Origin: Silvanigrellaceae bacterium
GTDB lineage: Bacteria; Bdellovibrionota_B; Oligoflexia; Silvanigrellales; Silvanigrellaceae
DNA length: 59,341 bases
Direction of reading: 5' to 3'
Assembly (NCBI GenBank): GCA_044376655.1
Contig: JBILKQ010000001.1
Location: 1 to 59,341, forward strand
Made by a program: the position numbers and the translations under genes. Positions within the stretch are counted from its first letter, which is position 1; each line of letters opens with the position of its first letter. Shown here one piece after another: positions 55,904 to 59,341 of this stretch. The notes beneath the pieces are model-generated. The model ran no database searches. It worked only from the letters and a program-made list of their open reading frames with translations, and was not told the DNA's origin.

Positions 55904-57451
55904 TTATTCCCACTCGATGGTTGCGGGTGGCTTGGAGGTGATGTCGTAAACGACTCGACTTATCCCACTAACTTCATTTGTGATTCGCCGAGAAACGGTA
56001 GCTAGGAATTCCATTGGAAGTTTTGACCAATCGGCGGTCATTCCATCCCTTGATCCAACGCAACGCAGGGCGACGACAGAGTCGTAACTTCGCCCATCTC
56101 CTTTGACACCAACCGATTTGACAGGAAGCAAGACGGCGAACGCCTGCCACACAGAATCATAAAGCCCATCGCGATTGAGTTGATCGATCAGAATGGCATC
56201 GACTTCACGCAAGAGAGTCAATCGCTCGGGAGTGATGTCTCCCAACACACGCAGAGCCAGGCCTGGACCAGGGAATGGGTGGCGGCGGATAAAGTCCTCT
56301 GGGATTCCCAACTCTCGACCGAGCGCGCGCACTTCATCTTTGAAAAGATGGCGCAGCGGCTCAACGAGACTCATGTTCATCTTCTCCGGCAAACCACCCA
56401 CATTATGATGGCTTTTTATGACCTGTGTATGGGCCGAGGAGTGAGACGATTCTATGACATCACTTGCGATAGTTCCCTGCACGAGTGCCTTGCAGCGGGT
56501 AAATTTCTTACTCTCCGCCTCAAAAACATCGATGAATGTTTTGCCAATAATCTTTCGTTTTGCCTCGGGGTCAGTGATGCCTTGAAGTCGATGCAGAAAG
56601 ACCTCTGCTGAGTTCACAGCGTGGACGTTCAGGTGGAGTTTTTCTTTATAGAGGTTGAGAGTTGTGTTGAATTCATTTTTGCGCAGTAGTCCCGTGTCGA
56701 CAAAAACGCAATGAAGACGCTTTCCAATGCGCTCAGAAACCAGGGTTGCCGCGACGGTTGAATCGACTCCACCACTCAGCGCGCAGATGACATCACAATC
56801 CTCGTCAAGCGATGCGATTTGTTTGTCAAGCAATTCGATTGCTTGTGTTTTGTATGAGAACTGTTTTTGTTCCACTTCACTTTCACAGATTTTGAAAACG
56901 AAATGACGGATGAGATTTTGACCGTTTGCAGTGTGTACAACCTCGGGATGAAATTGAAGTCCAATCAATTTCTTTGCAGTGTGTGCGATCACCGCGTTGA
57001 GGTTATCGGAGCTCGTCGCAACGCACTCAAAGCCTTCGGGAAGATTGTCAACGTGGTCACCATGACTCATCCAAACCTGTTCTTGCAAATATTCATGAGG
57101 AAGCAGTTCCCAGCTACTCTTGAGAAGTTTTAATCTTGCTGAACCGTATTCGGCTTGATTTCCTCTTGTAACGTTGCCACCCAGCAAATGTGCCATCAGT
57201 TGCATTCCGTAACAGATTCCCAGAACAGGAATGCGTCCATCGAGAAGACTTTTGTCGAGTGTCGGGGCGTTGGTCTCGTAGACGCTGTGCGGACCTCCCG
57301 AAAGAATGATTCCACGGATTTCCGAGTGGGTGAGGGTTTTCGTGTTGTAGACGTTTTGCGGGAGTATGACCTGAACCTTAACGCCCGTTTCACGCACGAC
57401 CCGGTGAAGAACTTCCGTGTATTGGGAGCCGAAATCAACGATCAGAATCAT
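55904..57451 (-). CDS. guaA: GMP synthase (glutamine-hydrolysing)
   Basis: GATase ILIVDFGSQYT and GICYGMQ. ATP-PPase SGGVDSTV. C-terminal IEWE. GGAG SD 8 nt upstream of ATG 57451. Confidence 0.95.
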   Translation of the reverse strand: MILIVDFGSQYTEVLHRVVRETGVKVQVILPQNVYNTKTLTHSEIRGIILSGGPHSVYETNAPTLDKSLLDGRIPVLGICYGMQLMAHLLGGNVTRGNQAEYGSARLKLLKSSWELLPHEYLQEQVWMSHGDHVDNLPEGFECVATSSDNLNAVIAHTAKKLIGLQFHPEVVHTANGQNLIRHFVFKICESEVEQKQFSYKTQAIELLDKQIASLDEDCDVICALSGGVDSTVAATLVSERIGKRLHCVFVDTGLLRKNEFNTTLNLYKEKLHLNVHAVNSAEVFLHRLQGITDPEAKRKIIGKTFIDVFEAESKKFTRCKALVQGTIASDVIESSHSSAHTQVIKSHHNVGGLPEKMNMSLVEPLRHLFKDEVRALGRELGIPEDFIRRHPFPGPGLALRVLGDITPERLTLLREVDAILIDQLNRDGLYDSVWQAFAVLLPVKSVGVKGDGRSYDSVVALRCVGSRDGMTADWSKLPMEFLATVSRRITNEVSGISRVVYDITSKPPATIEWE

Positions 57452-57516
57452 TGCAGTTCTCCAAGAGAAAGGGTGAAACAGATGGCTAAGGATACAGACC
57501 CTAGAAAGGCCAAGCT

Positions 57517-59028
57517 TCAAAAAGGACGGGTTGAATAGTTTGGAGCTTCCTCTGTGATTTGCACATTGTGCACATGGCTCTCGCGAAGCCCTGCTCCCGT
57601 GATCTCAACAAATCGCGACTTCGATCTCAGCTCATCAATGGATGCAGCGCCGACATATCCCATCCCCGCCCGCAGCCCGCCCGTGAGTTGGTGAACGACA
57701 TCAGCAAGTGGGCCCTTATAGGGAACTTGTCCCTCGATTCCCTCTGGAACAAGTTTTTTATCAGTAATTGTTCCTTGAAAATAGCGATCTTTGGAGCCCA
57801 ATTTCATCGCGCCGATTGAACCCATGCCACGGTACTTTTTGAAGACCTTGCCTTGATAGAGAGTTCTGTCGCCCGGTGCCTCGTCGGTTCCAGCAAAGAG
57901 GCTTCCAACCATAACGGCATGAGCCCCTGCAGCAATGGCCTTACAAACATCTCCGCTGTAGCGCAGACCACCGTCTGCAATGATTTTAATCTGTGTTCCT
58001 TGTAGTGCGGCTGCAACATTCATAACGGCAGAGACTTGTGGCACGCCCACTCCAGCCACAACTCGTGTGGTGCATATGGATCCAGGTCCAATTCCCACCT
58101 TAACAGCGTCTACACCCGCTGCCGCAAGCGCCAGCGCGGCCTCACCAGTGGCAATGTTACCCGCAATGAGGGTTACAGCCGAACCGCATCTCTGCTTTAT
58201 CGCGCGAACAGCATCAATAACGCCCCTGCTGTGGCCGTGGGCGGTATCAACAACAATCAAATCCACTCCAGCTGCAATCAAGGCTGGAACGCGCTCTTCG
58301 ATTTCGAATGCGCTCACACCAACAGCTGCACCAACCCTCAGGCGGCCGCGTGAATCTTTGGTTGCAGAGGGATATTCGCGACGGTTGCGTAGGTCCCGCA
58401 GAGTCATAAGGCCTTGCAGCTCTCCCTGTTCGTCTACGAGTGGCAGCTTCTCGATCCGGTGCTGGTGCATCAGGCGCGTCGCTTCTGTTGCGAGCATTTC
58501 GGTGACCTGTTCAACACGATGCGGGACCCGCATGACAACGAGACGATTAAGCGGCGTCATAAGTTCGCTTACGGTCTGTTGGTCACTCCGAGCACTTCTG
58601 AGGTCACGAGAAGTCAATAGTCCCATAAGACGCGAGCCACTCAGGATTGGTAGGCCAGAGATCTGCTTTTCAACCATCAACCGTTTGGCGTCCATAACGG
58701 TGCAGTTTTCAGGAAGAGAATGTGGTTCGCTGACGATCCCTGCTTCGCTTCTCTTGACGGCACTCACGTGTGCGGCCTGATCTGCAGGGGGCATATTCTT
58801 GTGAACGATCCCAATGCCGCCAAGGCGTGCGAGTTGAGCGGCGAGCATTGATTCCGTCACGGTGTCCATTGCCGCAGACAAAAGAGGAAGTGAAAGTTCA
58901 AATCCTGGTGCGAGCTGTGTTGTAAGTTTTACCTCAGAGGGGAGAATCTCAGAGGCGTCAGGAATCAATAAAACATCGTCGAAAGTCAGGCCGCGCATTT
59001 TTATCTTGGATGAAAAATCGATATCCAC
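57517..59028 (-). CDS. guaB: IMP dehydrogenase
   Basis: LTFDDVLLIP, a CBS pair, the catalytic loop VGIGPGSICTTR, and GGLRYSGD. GTG 59028 has a GGAGG SD 6 nt upstream (ATG 58998 lacks one). Confidence 0.93.
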   Translation of the reverse strand: MDIDFSSKIKMRGLTFDDVLLIPDASEILPSEVKLTTQLAPGFELSLPLLSAAMDTVTESMLAAQLARLGGIGIVHKNMPPADQAAHVSAVKRSEAGIVSEPHSLPENCTVMDAKRLMVEKQISGLPILSGSRLMGLLTSRDLRSARSDQQTVSELMTPLNRLVVMRVPHRVEQVTEMLATEATRLMHQHRIEKLPLVDEQGELQGLMTLRDLRNRREYPSATKDSRGRLRVGAAVGVSAFEIEERVPALIAAGVDLIVVDTAHGHSRGVIDAVRAIKQRCGSAVTLIAGNIATGEAALALAAAGVDAVKVGIGPGSICTTRVVAGVGVPQVSAVMNVAAALQGTQIKIIADGGLRYSGDVCKAIAAGAHAVMVGSLFAGTDEAPGDRTLYQGKVFKKYRGMGSIGAMKLGSKDRYFQGTITDKKLVPEGIEGQVPYKGPLADVVHQLTGGLRAGMGYVGAASIDELRSKSRFVEITGAGLRESHVHNVQITEEAPNYSTRPF

Positions 59029-59166
59029 GAAGTCCTCCAGAGCGCAAAAAAGGAATGGTATAAGGAACTTCAATACCCCCGATTAACTCAAATAGGGAAA
59101 ATATTCAATTGAAAATGGCGAAAAACATTGCACTTCTTGAGCTGTGAAAAAAATTGGAAACTGGTC

Positions 59167-59230
59167 TTGACACCTCCACCTCACATGGCTAAACACGGCC
59201 CTCACGCAGAAATGCGGTGTTCTTTGAAAA
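59167..59230 (+). promoter_or_regulatory. candidate rRNA-operon promoter and leader with a boxA antitermination element
   Basis: An A-rich tract (GTGAAAAAAATT) precedes TTGACA (59167-72), with 17 nt to TAAACA. Next come a small CGCA-GAAA-TGCG hairpin and TGTTCTTTGAAAA (59218-30), which closely matches bacterial rrn boxA. No ORF with coding character follows. Confidence 0.4.
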
Positions 59231-59341
59231 GAGAAGAGAGAAGTCACAGAGTGCGGGAAGAGCCGTGCGAAGCGACAAAGGGATTCGGGCAGCGATGCTT
59301 GGAGATTTTTGTAACGGACGCGCGGTTTTACCAAGCAAACG

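Noticed and set aside
59083-59334. The 83-aa minus-strand ORF at the window end.
   Set aside because: No RBS and odd composition, and it covers the putative rrn promoter and boxA leader. Judged non-coding.
1-59341. Scan for mobile elements, CRISPR arrays, long repeats, prophage, toxin-antitoxin pairs and defence islands.
   Set aside because: By eye I found no transposase, integrase or recombinase motifs, no array of regularly spaced direct repeats, and no long duplicated segments. Gene content is continuous housekeeping. A computational repeat or k-mer analysis would be needed to exclude short dispersed repeats.

Overview
This 59.3-kb window is moderate-GC chromosomal DNA from a diderm (Gram-negative) bacterium, and it is almost entirely core housekeeping. 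I call about 57 CDS, one RNase P RNA, several intrinsic terminators and a few candidate regulatory sites. Recognisable genes in order are: mnmA-rnc-era, coaE, an RluD-type pseudouridine synthase, icd next to a second IDH3-like NAD-isocitrate dehydrogenase, a 4HBT thioesterase, an NtrY/NtrX-like sigma-54 two-component pair, rnpB, metK, a DsbA-like oxidoreductase, a Tat component, a large Slt-type lytic transglycosylase, a CbpA-like J-protein, divergent VLCAD-like and SCAD-like acyl-CoA dehydrogenases, ribH-nusB, a crotonase, a bactofilin, a short PBP transpeptidase, a SWIM-SNF2 helicase, ppa-gcvT-gcvH-gcvPA-gcvPB, trxC, serS, grpE, an LpoA-like protein, galE, hslO, ahcY, guaA and guaB. The last ~180 nt look like an rRNA-operon promoter and leader (boxA). 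The split GcvP, bactofilin, sigma-54 activator and VLCAD/IDH3-like enzymes fit a deltaproteobacteria-like or Bdellovibrionota-type lineage, but that is inference only. I found no transposase, integrase, phage gene, CRISPR array, tRNA, toxin-antitoxin pair or recognisable defence gene. I do not see a clear-cut novel system. The best candidates for undescribed biology are four: (1) the bactofilin locus at 34.7-38.0 kb, with two orphan partners, a short PBP and a 413-nt control region carrying a sigma-54-like -24/-12 element; (2) three consecutive orphan ORFs after nusB at 31.2-33.5 kb, one with a degenerate prepilin-like N-terminus; (3) orphan small proteins around the J-protein at 24.7-27.0 kb; and (4) a disordered ribbon-helix-helix-like protein between era and coaE. 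Many ORF-track starts were trimmed using Shine-Dalgarno (SD) placement and family-typical N-termini. All family calls rest on motifs read by eye from the translations, not on database searches.
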